A stretch of 53,346 nt of DNA, from the IMG/VR virus record IMGVR_UViG_3300048065_000224, positions 1 to 53,346 of that record. The stretch is one strand, 5' to 3'. This DNA is from a virus. Its lineage: Duplodnaviria > Caudoviricetes. Under the pieces are notes generated by a model. It ran no database searches. It was not told the DNA's origin and saw only the letters and a program-made list of their open reading frames with translations. Below are positions 30,085-38,932 of the stretch, one piece after another (the first letter of the stretch is position 1; every line of letters begins with the position of its first letter). A program made the translations under genes and the position numbers.

Positions 30085-30174
30085 CTTTTCCTTTCATAAG
30101 CTGATGCTTTCGCTATTTCCTCCTATACGTTGAAGAGGGGAGTGACCATAAAAAGTCACTCCTCTTTTTTTTTT
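30070..30174 (+). ncRNA. Candidate anti-Shine-Dalgarno small RNA (3'UTR-derived)
   Basis: 13-bp stem 30070-82/30099-111 with loop AACUUUUCCUUUCAUA, then UUCCUCCU, then an intrinsic terminator. Confidence 0.5.
30133..30174 (+). terminator. Rho-independent terminator
   Basis: AAGAGGGGAGTGAC-loop-GTCACTCCTCTT followed by a long T tract. Confidence 0.9.
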
Positions 30175-30175
30175 G

Positions 30176-30205
30176 TTGACAGATGTTTTTAGTTAGTTGT
30201 ATAAG
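30176..30205 (+). promoter_or_regulatory. Sigma70-type promoter for early operon
   Basis: TTGACA-18 nt-TATAAG; small palindrome GAGTG-N5-CACTC at 30213-27. Confidence 0.7.
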
Positions 30206-30263
30206 TTTCCCTGAGTGATATACACTCTCTATACTAAGAACAGTTAATTGAAAGGAAAATAGT

Positions 30264-31436
30264 ATGAATTGGCTTAATTTATGTAGTGGTGGCGAAACTG
30301 GTAGGCAATCTGTAAAGGAGCTTGGATTACCAGTATCTAATTGGTTTACATCTGAGATAGATAAATTTGCTATGAAAGTAGCAGATGATAATCACGATGA
30401 TCTTGTCCATCTAGGAGATATACGAACTGTAATAGACAAAACAAAAAACATTCCCATAGATGTTATTCTGTGTGGATCACCTTGTCAGGGATTTTCTGTA
30501 GCGGGGAAAGGTTTAAACTTTGAACACCCTCAATCGAAGTTGTTCTTTGAGTTTCTTGAAATATACAAATACCACTATGAGCGTTTCCCTCAATGCAAAT
30601 TGCTTTTTGAGAATGTCCGTATGAAAAAGGAATGGCAAGATATGATCTTTGATATGTTACGTGAAATCAATCCAAAACTTAAATTGTACATAATCAATTC
30701 ATCGCTTGTATCTGCACAGAATAGAGTACGTATGTACATAACTGATTTTGAATTTGATATACCTAAAGATCGAAATATCAAGTTAAGAGATATTGTCGAG
30801 TGTGGTTGTGTAGATAGAGAGAAGTCATACTGTCTAGATGCAAACTATTGGAAAGGTGGTAACCTTAAAATGTACTTTGAGAAGTCACGTAGACAATTAG
30901 TATTCAAAAATCACAATGTAGAGAAAAGTGACACTAATTGTATTCAGGTTGGAGTAGCTGATCTGAATGGACACGATATCTTAAAGCGTGTTTATTCTGT
31001 CGAGGGAAAGTCGCCTACATTAAATACGTGTGGTGGTGGCAATCGAGAACCAAAGATACTTTGTAAATCTGCGTCAATTACTGGGCGTAGACTAGATAGA
31101 AATGGAGTGCGAAAGGATAACGATTTGTCAATTCCAATTACACAAGCTTTAGAAGTATCTGATTCGGACAAGTCACGTTGTCTATCTACAATAACAAAGG
31201 ATACCGTTGTATCGCCTTTGCCAGTTGGTCGCTATCCAAACGCCTATACAGATAGTGCTTTACAATGGAGAAAACTTACTGTAAAGGAATGTTGTAGGTT
31301 ACAAACATTGCCTGATGATTATTGTAAAGCAGTAAGTAACAGTCAGGCTTACAAGATACTTGGCAATGGTTGGACTAACGAAGTCATTAAGTTTATTTTG
31401 AAAGGAAAACAACATGGCAATGATCGAACCAATTAG
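30264..31436 (+). CDS. C5-cytosine DNA methyltransferase
   Basis: GSPCQGFS (IV), ENV (VI), QNRVR (VIII), RLQT, GNGW (X); motif I is atypical (LCSGGETG). Confidence 0.9.
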   Translation: MNWLNLCSGGETGRQSVKELGLPVSNWFTSEIDKFAMKVADDNHDDLVHLGDIRTVIDKTKNIPIDVILCGSPCQGFSVAGKGLNFEHPQSKLFFEFLEIYKYHYERFPQCKLLFENVRMKKEWQDMIFDMLREINPKLKLYIINSSLVSAQNRVRMYITDFEFDIPKDRNIKLRDIVECGCVDREKSYCLDANYWKGGNLKMYFEKSRRQLVFKNHNVEKSDTNCIQVGVADLNGHDILKRVYSVEGKSPTLNTCGGGNREPKILCKSASITGRRLDRNGVRKDNDLSIPITQALEVSDSDKSRCLSTITKDTVVSPLPVGRYPNAYTDSALQWRKLTVKECCRLQTLPDDYCKAVSNSQAYKILGNGWTNEVIKFILKGKQHGNDRTN

Positions 31437-31605
31437 TCTAGATAAGCATCTTGTGGATTGTGTATCTGAATACAAAAAGATACGCCAGTTACAATATGAT
31501 TGTGAATGGAATGGACAAACTGAACAAGCTAGTCTATACAGAACTCAAAGTGTACGCCTAAAGAAGTTAATCAAAGATGGCGTACTTTATCAACCAAAGT
31601 TTTAG
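31414..31605 (+). CDS. Hypothetical early protein
   Basis: GAAAGGAAA RBS. Confidence 0.7.
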   Translation: MAMIEPISLDKHLVDCVSEYKKIRQLQYDCEWNGQTEQASLYRTQSVRLKKLIKDGVLYQPKF

Positions 31606-31619
31606 TGAAAGGGGAAAAC

Positions 31620-32444
31620 ATGACTAAATACTTTTCGGAAAACCACCAACGATGGTTAAATATAGCAAACATGACAGATCAACATGTCAGGAATGCTTTT
31701 GTCAAAATGTGTAACAGAAATAAGGATATAACAACACAAGATGCTTTGTATGCTCAAGAGCAAGAGAAAAGAGCAGATAGGCTACAAGATAGAGTGCTTA
31801 GTTTAGAAAAGACAATACGTAAGCTAAACAGTCAACCTACTGTAACGGCTGAAGCTTACGACGTTGCTTGGAAAAAGATCGAGTCACTTCAAGAGGAAAA
31901 TGTCAGGCTTGTTGCCCAGTTAGAAAACGACGAACACAATGTTGGGCATTTAGATGGGAAGATGAAGAGGTTAGCCTATCTAGAAAAGTTACTTCAAGCC
32001 AAGAACTATGTATTTTCTGATATACCAAACACGCCTGAGAATATGGAGATGATCAAACTACTTAAGAAACATGTTAACAAAGATATGTACAGAGTAAGAT
32101 GGAGAGGTCAATATCTTGTCGAAGGGGAAGATTGGAGAAAGTATGTCGATGGTCAACCTTTGTCAAAGTCTAAATGTATCCGTGTCTATATAGATAATTT
32201 GTCAACACATAACACTGTGGAAGGATTCAATCTAGATGAGATAGGAATCATTCTAGATGGATTAGAAAAGGTCGAAGAACAAGGTGAAGAGTTTATAAGG
32301 AGCTTTGATATTGAGGGTGAAAACGACGAAGATGTCAATGCTGAAAAGTTGTTACTTCAAAAGTCAAAAGTGCTTACAAACTATTTTGAACAGATGAGGT
32401 TTCACATCGAAGAATGTCAACAGAAAATGTCGGAGATAGAATAA
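31620..32444 (+). CDS. Coiled-coil hypothetical early protein
   Basis: GAAAGGGGAAA RBS before ATG 31620. Confidence 0.75.
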   Translation: MTKYFSENHQRWLNIANMTDQHVRNAFVKMCNRNKDITTQDALYAQEQEKRADRLQDRVLSLEKTIRKLNSQPTVTAEAYDVAWKKIESLQEENVRLVAQLENDEHNVGHLDGKMKRLAYLEKLLQAKNYVFSDIPNTPENMEMIKLLKKHVNKDMYRVRWRGQYLVEGEDWRKYVDGQPLSKSKCIRVYIDNLSTHNTVEGFNLDEIGIILDGLEKVEEQGEEFIRSFDIEGENDEDVNAEKLLLQKSKVLTNYFEQMRFHIEECQQKMSEIE

Positions 32445-32638
32445 TGTCACACCCAATGAACGATAACGTATTCGATTTTGTCAACGATAGATGGAGCGAA
32501 ATGAGTGTTGATGATTTCAAAGATTGGCTAAGAACACATAGAGAAACTGATATGGTTGCAAAAGTTGTTCACGATAATCTAGATAGTTTAGAACAGAAAT
32601 GGAAACAAGAAATGTTTGACAGTTATCCATCTATTTGA
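32444..32638 (+). CDS. Hypothetical early protein
   Basis: GGAG RBS; TAATG coupling. Confidence 0.65.
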   Translation: MSHPMNDNVFDFVNDRWSEMSVDDFKDWLRTHRETDMVAKVVHDNLDSLEQKWKQEMFDSYPSI

Positions 32639-32676
32639 TAAGGATATAATCTGAACAGACAAGGAAAGGAAATTAG

Positions 32677-33240
32677 ATGTCTAGCACAGATAGAATACGA
32701 GCTTACTACAACCTACATAAGAAATGCTTTTCTGTACAAGATTACAAAACTGGTAAAGTTGTGGAGCATACAAACAAACTCTATTTAAGTAACGCTTTGT
32801 TTGTTGTCAGGAAGTCAGGCAACGAAAGAGTAAAGAAAGAGGGAAGAAAGAATGTCCACGCTTTTGTCAATGGTATCCGCCATAGTAATTCTGAAGATGC
32901 ACCTTTGGGGTCAAGCTATCAGGTAAGCTACAATCCTCACACAATGGATTACTTTCACTACTGTAGGCATGTTGTTGGCTTTCCTCAATGGCTACCAGTT
33001 GATAGGCATTGGATAGGTAACGTTTGGTTGTACATGTTTGATGGCAAGCCAGTAATTTATGCAGATATCGATAAGTTGTCAGGCGAAAAGTTGTCAGCCG
33101 ATGCTCTTGATGTTGAACCAAGTATGACTATTAAAGGTAAAACTTTTGAAAAGCTTGTGTATCCAAATGGAAATGTAAGCATGAAATTTTTGGAGCAAAA
33201 AAGAAAAATAATCAAAAATAAAAAAGGTGTTGCAATCTAA
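32677..33240 (+). CDS. Conserved phage hypothetical protein
   Basis: YYNLHKKCFSVQ...RKNVHAFV...SYNP motif; GAAAGGAAA RBS. Confidence 0.75.
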   Translation: MSSTDRIRAYYNLHKKCFSVQDYKTGKVVEHTNKLYLSNALFVVRKSGNERVKKEGRKNVHAFVNGIRHSNSEDAPLGSSYQVSYNPHTMDYFHYCRHVVGFPQWLPVDRHWIGNVWLYMFDGKPVIYADIDKLSGEKLSADALDVEPSMTIKGKTFEKLVYPNGNVSMKFLEQKRKIIKNKKGVAI

Positions 33241-33299
33241 TCTAGATAGTTTAGAAAAGAATTAAGTTCAATTTTAATCAATTATGAAAGGAAACAAAA

Positions 33300-34313
33300 A
33301 TGAACTATATAGCTACAAAATTTGAAAACGAAGTAAAAACCCATACTGATTTTAGAGATGTTAGTTTTTATGAAGACAATTCAAAAATACAAAAGGTTGA
33401 TCTTCAGGCTTTAATACCAGTTGGGATAAAAACCAATCATGATTATGCAGAAGTTTTGGAGACTAAAAAACTTGATGGATATTTTGGTTTGTACAATTCT
33501 AGTCTAGATAAGTTATTACGAACTCGACCAGTTAGCGATACTTATCAGCTTGTTGCTCATCATGAATTATTTGCTGAACAAGCTAAAATTTTAGGTCAAT
33601 CTGATTTGCCTTTAGAAAATATAACTGTAACAGATAAGCTTTACAAAGATGGCTTGCAAGCTCATAGAACAATTTACTTTCATGATCTTGAAACGACAGT
33701 AAGCAACAATAAAGATAAGGTTTTATCTAGAATAGATATCTTCAATAGTTGTGATATGTCTTGGTCATTCCAAGTTTTTAGCGGAGCTTATAGAGATCTA
33801 TGTAGAAATACTTTGGTCTTTGGTGGTCAAAAAGCTTATCATCAGCAAGCCAAACATACTAGGAATTTATCGACTACTGCTCTTATGACAAAGGCAAGTA
33901 TTGGTTTGGAGTTTTGGAACAATCAAAAGGAAACCATGCTTAACTGGCGTGCAAAGGATATGTCTTTGGAACAGTTTGGCGAGATACTTAAACAAACTAT
34001 CTGTAAAAAGAAAAGTAAATCTGCGGAGTTAAATTTAACTAATCCAGTTAACGAAACTAAGCTTAATTATCTATTGGATAGATTTGAAAAAGAAACGCCT
34101 GATCTAGGTAAAACTATGTGGGCGGGATACAATGCTTTAACACATTGGGCAACACATACTGATCAAACTATCGAAAAAGAAATAGATAATAAGATCGTAA
34201 AAATAAGATCAGGTAAATCTACTGCTGATACGCCAAGCGTACAAAGAACAAGAAATGACGAAGTAAGAAATGTTATTGAATGTGATGCGTGGAAAAGTAT
34301 GGAGGTTGCATAA
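33300..34313 (+). CDS. DUF932/DUF945-like early protein
   Basis: NSCDMSW...AYRDLCRNTLV...KHT...WAGYNALTHWATH pattern. Confidence 0.7.
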   Translation: MNYIATKFENEVKTHTDFRDVSFYEDNSKIQKVDLQALIPVGIKTNHDYAEVLETKKLDGYFGLYNSSLDKLLRTRPVSDTYQLVAHHELFAEQAKILGQSDLPLENITVTDKLYKDGLQAHRTIYFHDLETTVSNNKDKVLSRIDIFNSCDMSWSFQVFSGAYRDLCRNTLVFGGQKAYHQQAKHTRNLSTTALMTKASIGLEFWNNQKETMLNWRAKDMSLEQFGEILKQTICKKKSKSAELNLTNPVNETKLNYLLDRFEKETPDLGKTMWAGYNALTHWATHTDQTIEKEIDNKIVKIRSGKSTADTPSVQRTRNDEVRNVIECDAWKSMEVA

Positions 34314-34394
34314 TTGACTGATCTAATTGCAACAATTTATAAGGTGGTCATGATTATTTTTTTAATCATGATCATTGGTTTAATCATAGGATAA
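34314..34394 (+). CDS. 26-aa hydrophobic membrane peptide (not in ORF track)
   Basis: GGAGGT RBS, TTG start, LIATIYKVVMIIFLIMIIGLIIG. Confidence 0.5.
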   Translation: MTDLIATIYKVVMIIFLIMIIGLIIG

Positions 34395-34407
34395 GGAAAG
34401 GAAAATC

Positions 34408-34761
34408 ATGAAAACATTATCTGATATAGGCAACACAATTGACGCCTTAAAAGACGTGTCAACAAATGCTTTGTCAAAACATGGATATAGTCGTAGCCGT
34501 TTAAGAATGAAACAATTGTCTGTCAATCTTAGTCAAGCTTGGGATATGTACAAAATTAAACATGGCAATACCTATAGAACTGAACTTTGTCTATTTGTCA
34601 TTAAAAATTCATCAAGCGGATTAAAATTTCCATCAATTAAAAAACGAACTGGTTTTAATCAATCACAAGTTAAAGCTTCTCTTGACTGGTTAATAGATAA
34701 AAATATCATTCAATGTAAAATAAAAGATAAGTTTGCAATTTATAGCTATAAAAAAAAATAA
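34408..34761 (+). CDS. Putative winged-helix DNA-binding protein
   Basis: IKKRTGFNQSQVKASLDWLIDKNII resembles a wHTH; GAAAGGAAA RBS. Confidence 0.5.
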   Translation: MKTLSDIGNTIDALKDVSTNALSKHGYSRSRLRMKQLSVNLSQAWDMYKIKHGNTYRTELCLFVIKNSSSGLKFPSIKKRTGFNQSQVKASLDWLIDKNIIQCKIKDKFAIYSYKKK

Positions 34762-34762
34762 C

Positions 34763-34792
34763 TTGCATTAAATAAAATTATCGAATTATAAT
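34763..34792 (+). promoter_or_regulatory. Sigma70-type early promoter
   Basis: TTGCAT-18 nt-TATAAT followed by hairpin GGCTAGGTT...AATCTAGCC. Confidence 0.65.
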
Positions 34793-34846
34793 TGGGCTAG
34801 GTTAGAAATTAATCTAGCCTTTTTAAATGTGAAAGGAATTCCAACA

Positions 34847-35230
34847 ATGGAAACAAAACAATATTTAATAAAAAGCGAATACGATTTTAATAAAAAGAAA
34901 TTTAACGCAGTTAATAATTGTGAATTAACTTTACAATTTAAAGTAATGGATAGTTGCTGTTTAGTTGAAATTATTGGTCGTTATAATGGTCGCACCAATG
35001 AAGAATTTAAACATCAAATTTTTTGCCATAAAGACCAAATGTTAAAAATCTTACCTAATGTGAATGATCAAGTTGCAAAGGTTGATGAACCAGTTAGCAA
35101 AGATAGGGTTTTAATTGATCAAAATATTGGTGTTATTTTTGAAGAGGAACAAAAGCAAAAGGAATACCAGTTAGGTTTGCACGGTCAAATAGATCTTGAA
35201 GAATTAATTGATGAAAAGAAAGGAAACTAA
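34847..35230 (+). CDS. Hypothetical early protein
   Basis: GAAAGGAA RBS before ATG 34847. Confidence 0.7.
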   Translation: METKQYLIKSEYDFNKKKFNAVNNCELTLQFKVMDSCCLVEIIGRYNGRTNEEFKHQIFCHKDQMLKILPNVNDQVAKVDEPVSKDRVLIDQNIGVIFEEEQKQKEYQLGLHGQIDLEELIDEKKGN

Positions 35231-35231
35231 T

Positions 35232-35354
35232 ATGGCTTACTTTTTAAAAGAACTTTTAGATTTGTTTAAGTGGATTTGTTGTGGCTTTACTCTTGCTTAT
35301 TGCTTGGCTAGTTATCATGGTTTAGATACTAGCTTTTCTAGTTTGTGGGGTTGA
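35232..35354 (+). CDS. 40-aa hydrophobic peptide (not in ORF track)
   Basis: GAAAGGAAA RBS; MAYFLKELLDLFKWICCGFTLAYCLA... Confidence 0.55.
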   Translation: MAYFLKELLDLFKWICCGFTLAYCLASYHGLDTSFSSLWG

Positions 35355-35356
35355 TC

Positions 35357-35524
35357 ATGGCTTACTATTTTGAATGTAAAGATTGCGGAAAGAAAGAAAC
35401 TTTCCCTAAAAGAAAAATGTATGATGAATCAAAGGAAGGTAAAAAACAAGAATATGAAACTGTACTCTGTGTTTCTTGCGTTTCTAATAAGGTTCGTCTA
35501 AAAGGTAATCTAATAATTATTTAA
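35357..35524 (+). CDS. 55-aa CxxC-CxxC zinc-ribbon protein (not in ORF track)
   Basis: CKDC...CVSC; fills the gap between neighbouring genes. Confidence 0.55.
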   Translation: MAYYFECKDCGKKETFPKRKMYDESKEGKKQEYETVLCVSCVSNKVRLKGNLIII

Positions 35525-35542
35525 TGAAAGGAAACTAAAAAG

Positions 35543-35863
35543 ATGACTATTATTTATGAAAACATGCCCAAGCGATCTATGGGATTAACAAACGTTGCAA
35601 AGGTCGAGAACTTCAAAAGCTTTAGGTCTGGCAATCCTATTGCGAACCAGTTCAGGATTACTTTGCAAAATGGAACTGAAGTGTTTCAAAGTTATTCTTC
35701 TGTAATTGCAATAAAGGTTAATGAACAGACTTTTCTTGATCGTACTTGCTGGAACTATTCAAATACAACTTCAAGATACAGAAAAGAATTCTTGAATGAA
35801 GATACCAAAACGACTAAAGAAAAGATTAAAAACGGTGTTTATGTTATGATGGATTTAAACTAA
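35543..35863 (+). CDS. Conserved phage hypothetical early protein
   Basis: NQF...FQSYSSVIA...WNYSNTTSRYR..FL; GAAAGGAAA RBS. Confidence 0.75.
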   Translation: MTIIYENMPKRSMGLTNVAKVENFKSFRSGNPIANQFRITLQNGTEVFQSYSSVIAIKVNEQTFLDRTCWNYSNTTSRYRKEFLNEDTKTTKEKIKNGVYVMMDLN

Positions 35864-35889
35864 TAAAACTTTAAAGAATACCTTTAACG

Positions 35890-35924
35890 AACGCCTTAGA
35901 TTAGTTTCTAGGGCGTTTTTCTTT
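35890..35924 (+). terminator. Rho-independent terminator ending early operon
   Basis: AACGCCTTAGA-loop-TCTAGGGCGTT followed by TTTCTTT. Confidence 0.8.
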
Positions 35925-36253
35925 GCTTAACTCTAATAAATACCTAAACGGTTGTAATTGCTAGGTTTGTTTCTTTGGTATTGTTTTGGTATATGCTCGC
36001 AATCATACTACCAAACGCAGACTTTAAGGTTAAGTTATACAACTTATAAAAATGTCAATGGCAGTTTGTGTGCGTGCATACACGAAAGGTATACATCAAA
36101 GGTTAAACTTTTGGGAGTTTGTAAGTTGTCTATGCTAGCCTTTGGAAATCTGTTACAGGTATAAGGGTTGGCAAGTGCCACCGGGGGGTACTGGGTACTT
36201 GTATGCAATGTCGGCATATTTTTACCCAAAATGGTTACTTGTACAACTTACGG

Positions 36254-36321
36254 TGCAACGCATTACGTACAACCCTATTTGCAACGCATTACGTACAACC
36301 CTATTTGCAACGTATTATGTA
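36254..36321. repeat. 26-bp tandem repeat, about 2.6 copies
   Basis: TGCAACGCATTACGTACAACCCTATT at 36254 and 36280; degenerate partial copy at 36306. Confidence 0.92.
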
Positions 36322-36367
36322 GACGTGGTGGGGGTATACGTTGTATTTCCCCGGAGGATCTACTCCG

Positions 36368-36396
36368 ATTGTATCCATCAGATCCACTTTTGTCAA
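36368..36396 (-). promoter_or_regulatory. Near-consensus leftward promoter into the non-coding repeat region
   Basis: - strand TTGACA-17 nt-TACAAT. Confidence 0.7.
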
Positions 36397-36413
36397 TAAA
36401 ATAATTATTTTTC

Positions 36414-36442
36414 TTGACGTATGCGTGCTAAGTTCCTATTAT
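36414..36442 (+). promoter_or_regulatory. Promoter of packaging operon
   Basis: TTGACG-17 nt-TATTAT. Confidence 0.75.
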
Positions 36443-36552
36443 ATAGGTAACAAAGCATCATTTAAAGCGTATGCAACCAATCATATCACATCTAAACCAG
36501 TGCATTTTGGCTTTATTTGAAATGATCCTTTGTTTTTATCTAAGGAAACTCC

Positions 36553-36774
36553 ATGTTTGAAGCATTTGTACTGATTTGTTTAGTAGGACAGCCTACTATG
36601 AATGCAAATTGTGAAGAACTTATGGATACACGAGGCCCGTACAAGACTCACGACAAGTGTTTATCACGAGTATACGAGATCCAAAGGGAATTACCCTTGT
36701 ACAAACCTCACATGGAAGCAAGAGCATACCGTTGTGACGAATTTACTCCCGAAACAAAGAAGCAAAGAGCGTGA
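36553..36774 (+). CDS. Small Cys-containing protein with hydrophobic N-terminus
   Basis: AAGGA RBS; MFEAFVLICL...C...C...C. Confidence 0.7.
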   Translation: MFEAFVLICLVGQPTMNANCEELMDTRGPYKTHDKCLSRVYEIQRELPLYKPHMEARAYRCDEFTPETKKQRA

Positions 36775-37144
36775 AATAAGCCCTCAACAAGAGGAATTTC
36801 TCGATCATCTCTTTGAAAATGGTGGCAATGTCACCGATGCAGCCCTAAAAGCAGGTTATGCAAAGGGGTCTGTGACATGGCTACGCAATAGTTTAGCAGA
36901 TGAGATCATCCGACGCACCCAAAACGTGCTGTCTATGAACGCATTTAAGGCGGCTACACGCCTTGTAACGACAATTGACAACCCAGTACCCGAAAGAGGT
37001 GACGACCTACGCTTCAGGGCGGCAGAATCGCTGTTAAACAGGGTCGGACTGGGTAAACAAGAAACAACTAACGTAAATGTACAGGCAGTACACGGTATTG
37101 TCCTGTTGCCACCCAAGAAAGACGTAGTCATCGATGGAAATTGA
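36734..37144 (+). CDS. terS: Terminase small subunit
   Basis: QQEEFLDHL..NGGNVTDAALKAGY HTH; upstream of TerL. Start uncertain (GTG 36734 chosen). Confidence 0.8.
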   Translation: MTNLLPKQRSKEREISPQQEEFLDHLFENGGNVTDAALKAGYAKGSVTWLRNSLADEIIRRTQNVLSMNAFKAATRLVTTIDNPVPERGDDLRFRAAESLLNRVGLGKQETTNVNVQAVHGIVLLPPKKDVVIDGN

Positions 37145-37250
37145 GTGGTGGCAAGCACTCTTGGTTACAATGGTATCGATTAACACAACAATCAACCTTA
37201 TTGTGTTCTTTAGAGGTAGGAAAATAATGAAAAGGGAACGTAATGGCTGA
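37134..37250 (+). CDS. 38-aa single-TM peptide (not in ORF track)
   Basis: MEIEWWQALLVTMVSINTTINLIVFFRGRK..., overlapping both neighbours. Confidence 0.5.
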   Translation: MEIEWWQALLVTMVSINTTINLIVFFRGRKIMKRERNG

Positions 37251-38928
37251 TACACCCAAGCGTGGTCGCCCAAAGAAAGACCCCAACGCTCCTAAATCCA
37301 GATATTATTACAGTCCAGAAGTCAAAGCACGTAAGCAAACACAACGCAGACTATCTGAAGCAAAGAAACGAGCAGCAAAGGTAACGCAACAGGCTGAAAG
37401 CAAACGACGTTACGCACGAAAGCTTGAAGAAAAAATAACCAAAATAGATAAGGCTCTGAACAGCAATGAAACTACCGTCATTGATAAAAAAGATCTTGAC
37501 CAACTTCCAGATGTCGTTGAACAACTGGTGGATGGGCGTGAAATTATTTTTAAGCCAAACGAAGGACCTCAAGAAGAATTTCTTTCCTCAAGTGAAAGAG
37601 ATGTTCTGTACGGTGGTTCAGCAGGTGGAGGAAAAAGCTTTGCCCTTCTTGCAGACCCGTTACGGTATTGCCACAATAGCAACCATCGTGGGCTTCTTCT
37701 TAGGCGTACTCTGGATGAGCTAACAGAACTTATTGACAAATCTCGGCAGTTGTACCCACGGGCGTACCCCGGTGCAAAGTTCAGAGAGTCAAAGTCAACA
37801 TGGCACTTTCCGTCAGGTGCAACGATTTGGTTTACGTATCTTGACAAAGACAAAGACGTAACACGATTTCAGGGTCAGTCCTTTAACTGGATAGGCATTG
37901 ATGAGATAACCCAATATCCCTCGCCTTATGTTTGGGATTATCTCCGTTCACGACTTAGAGCAACTGATCCTGAACTACAAAAAAATCTGTACATGCGTTG
38001 TACAGCGAACCCCGGAGGGGTCGGAGGTTGGTGGGTAAAAAAGATGTATATTGACCCATCACAATATGGTTCGACTTTTCCTGCAATGGATATCGAAACA
38101 GGCAGACCTTTTGTATGGCCCAAAGGGCATGAGAAGGAAGGTGAACCCCTGTTTTATCGTAGGTTCATACCTGCACGTCTAACAGACAACCCATACTTGT
38201 TGGCTGACGGACAATACGAAGCGATGTTGCGTTCGCTACCCGAAGTCGAGCGTAAGCGACTTCTTGAAGGCGATTGGGAAGTAACGGAAGGTGCAGCCTT
38301 CCCAGAGTTCAGTAGAAGTAAACATGTTACACCGTATTTTGACCTTCCGCCAAACTTCCCACGAATACGAGCAGCCGACTACGGCTATGCAAGTCCTTCT
38401 TGCGTTCTTTGGGCTGCTATTGATTGGGATAATAATATCTGGGTTTATAGGGAGTTATACGTAAAACAGTTGACAGCAGAAGAGTTAGCTGATAGAATAC
38501 TAGAAGTAGAACAAGAAGACCCGACTCCCCACTATACAGTACTTGACTCATCGTGTTGGAACAAAACAGGCTTTGGTCCTTCCATAGCCGAAACAATGAT
38601 GAGATGTGGAGTGCGTTGGACACCCTCAGACAGAAACAGACTTCAAGGTAAAATGGAAATACATCGTAGGCTTGCTGATGACCCTCGAACAAACGAACCT
38701 AGACTACGAATATTTCCGAACTGTGTCAATCTTATCAAGCAGCTATCAGGCATACCTCTTAGCAAAACAAATGCAGAAGATGTGGACACAAAGGCAGAAG
38801 ATCACGCATACGATGCACTGCGATATATGTTAATGACAAGGATGACAGGATATGTGTCGATTCATAAAACGCTTGGTGGTATCAAGAATCAGGTCTACCA
38901 AATGCAAGACCAAACATTTGGGTATTAA
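37243..38928 (+). CDS. terL: Terminase large subunit
   Basis: YGGSAGGGKS Walker A, IGIDE Walker B, TANPGG, DYG, and DHAYDALRY nuclease motif. Confidence 0.95.
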   Translation: MADTPKRGRPKKDPNAPKSRYYYSPEVKARKQTQRRLSEAKKRAAKVTQQAESKRRYARKLEEKITKIDKALNSNETTVIDKKDLDQLPDVVEQLVDGREIIFKPNEGPQEEFLSSSERDVLYGGSAGGGKSFALLADPLRYCHNSNHRGLLLRRTLDELTELIDKSRQLYPRAYPGAKFRESKSTWHFPSGATIWFTYLDKDKDVTRFQGQSFNWIGIDEITQYPSPYVWDYLRSRLRATDPELQKNLYMRCTANPGGVGGWWVKKMYIDPSQYGSTFPAMDIETGRPFVWPKGHEKEGEPLFYRRFIPARLTDNPYLLADGQYEAMLRSLPEVERKRLLEGDWEVTEGAAFPEFSRSKHVTPYFDLPPNFPRIRAADYGYASPSCVLWAAIDWDNNIWVYRELYVKQLTAEELADRILEVEQEDPTPHYTVLDSSCWNKTGFGPSIAETMMRCGVRWTPSDRNRLQGKMEIHRRLADDPRTNEPRLRIFPNCVNLIKQLSGIPLSKTNAEDVDTKAEDHAYDALRYMLMTRMTGYVSIHKTLGGIKNQVYQMQDQTFGY

Positions 38929-38932
38929 GTAA

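Noticed and set aside
30075-30125. - strand gene using ATGAAAGGAAAAG or AGGAGG as its RBS
   Set aside because: The available ATGs give only 5- and 13-codon frames, so the motif is better explained as a + strand anti-SD loop.
36254-36321. Mini-CRISPR array
   Set aside because: The repeats are head-to-tail with no spacers, and there is no cas operon.
35958-36404. ORFs of 61-85 aa in the intergenic region
   Set aside because: No RBS, mutually overlapping frames, and translations merely reflect the DNA repeat.
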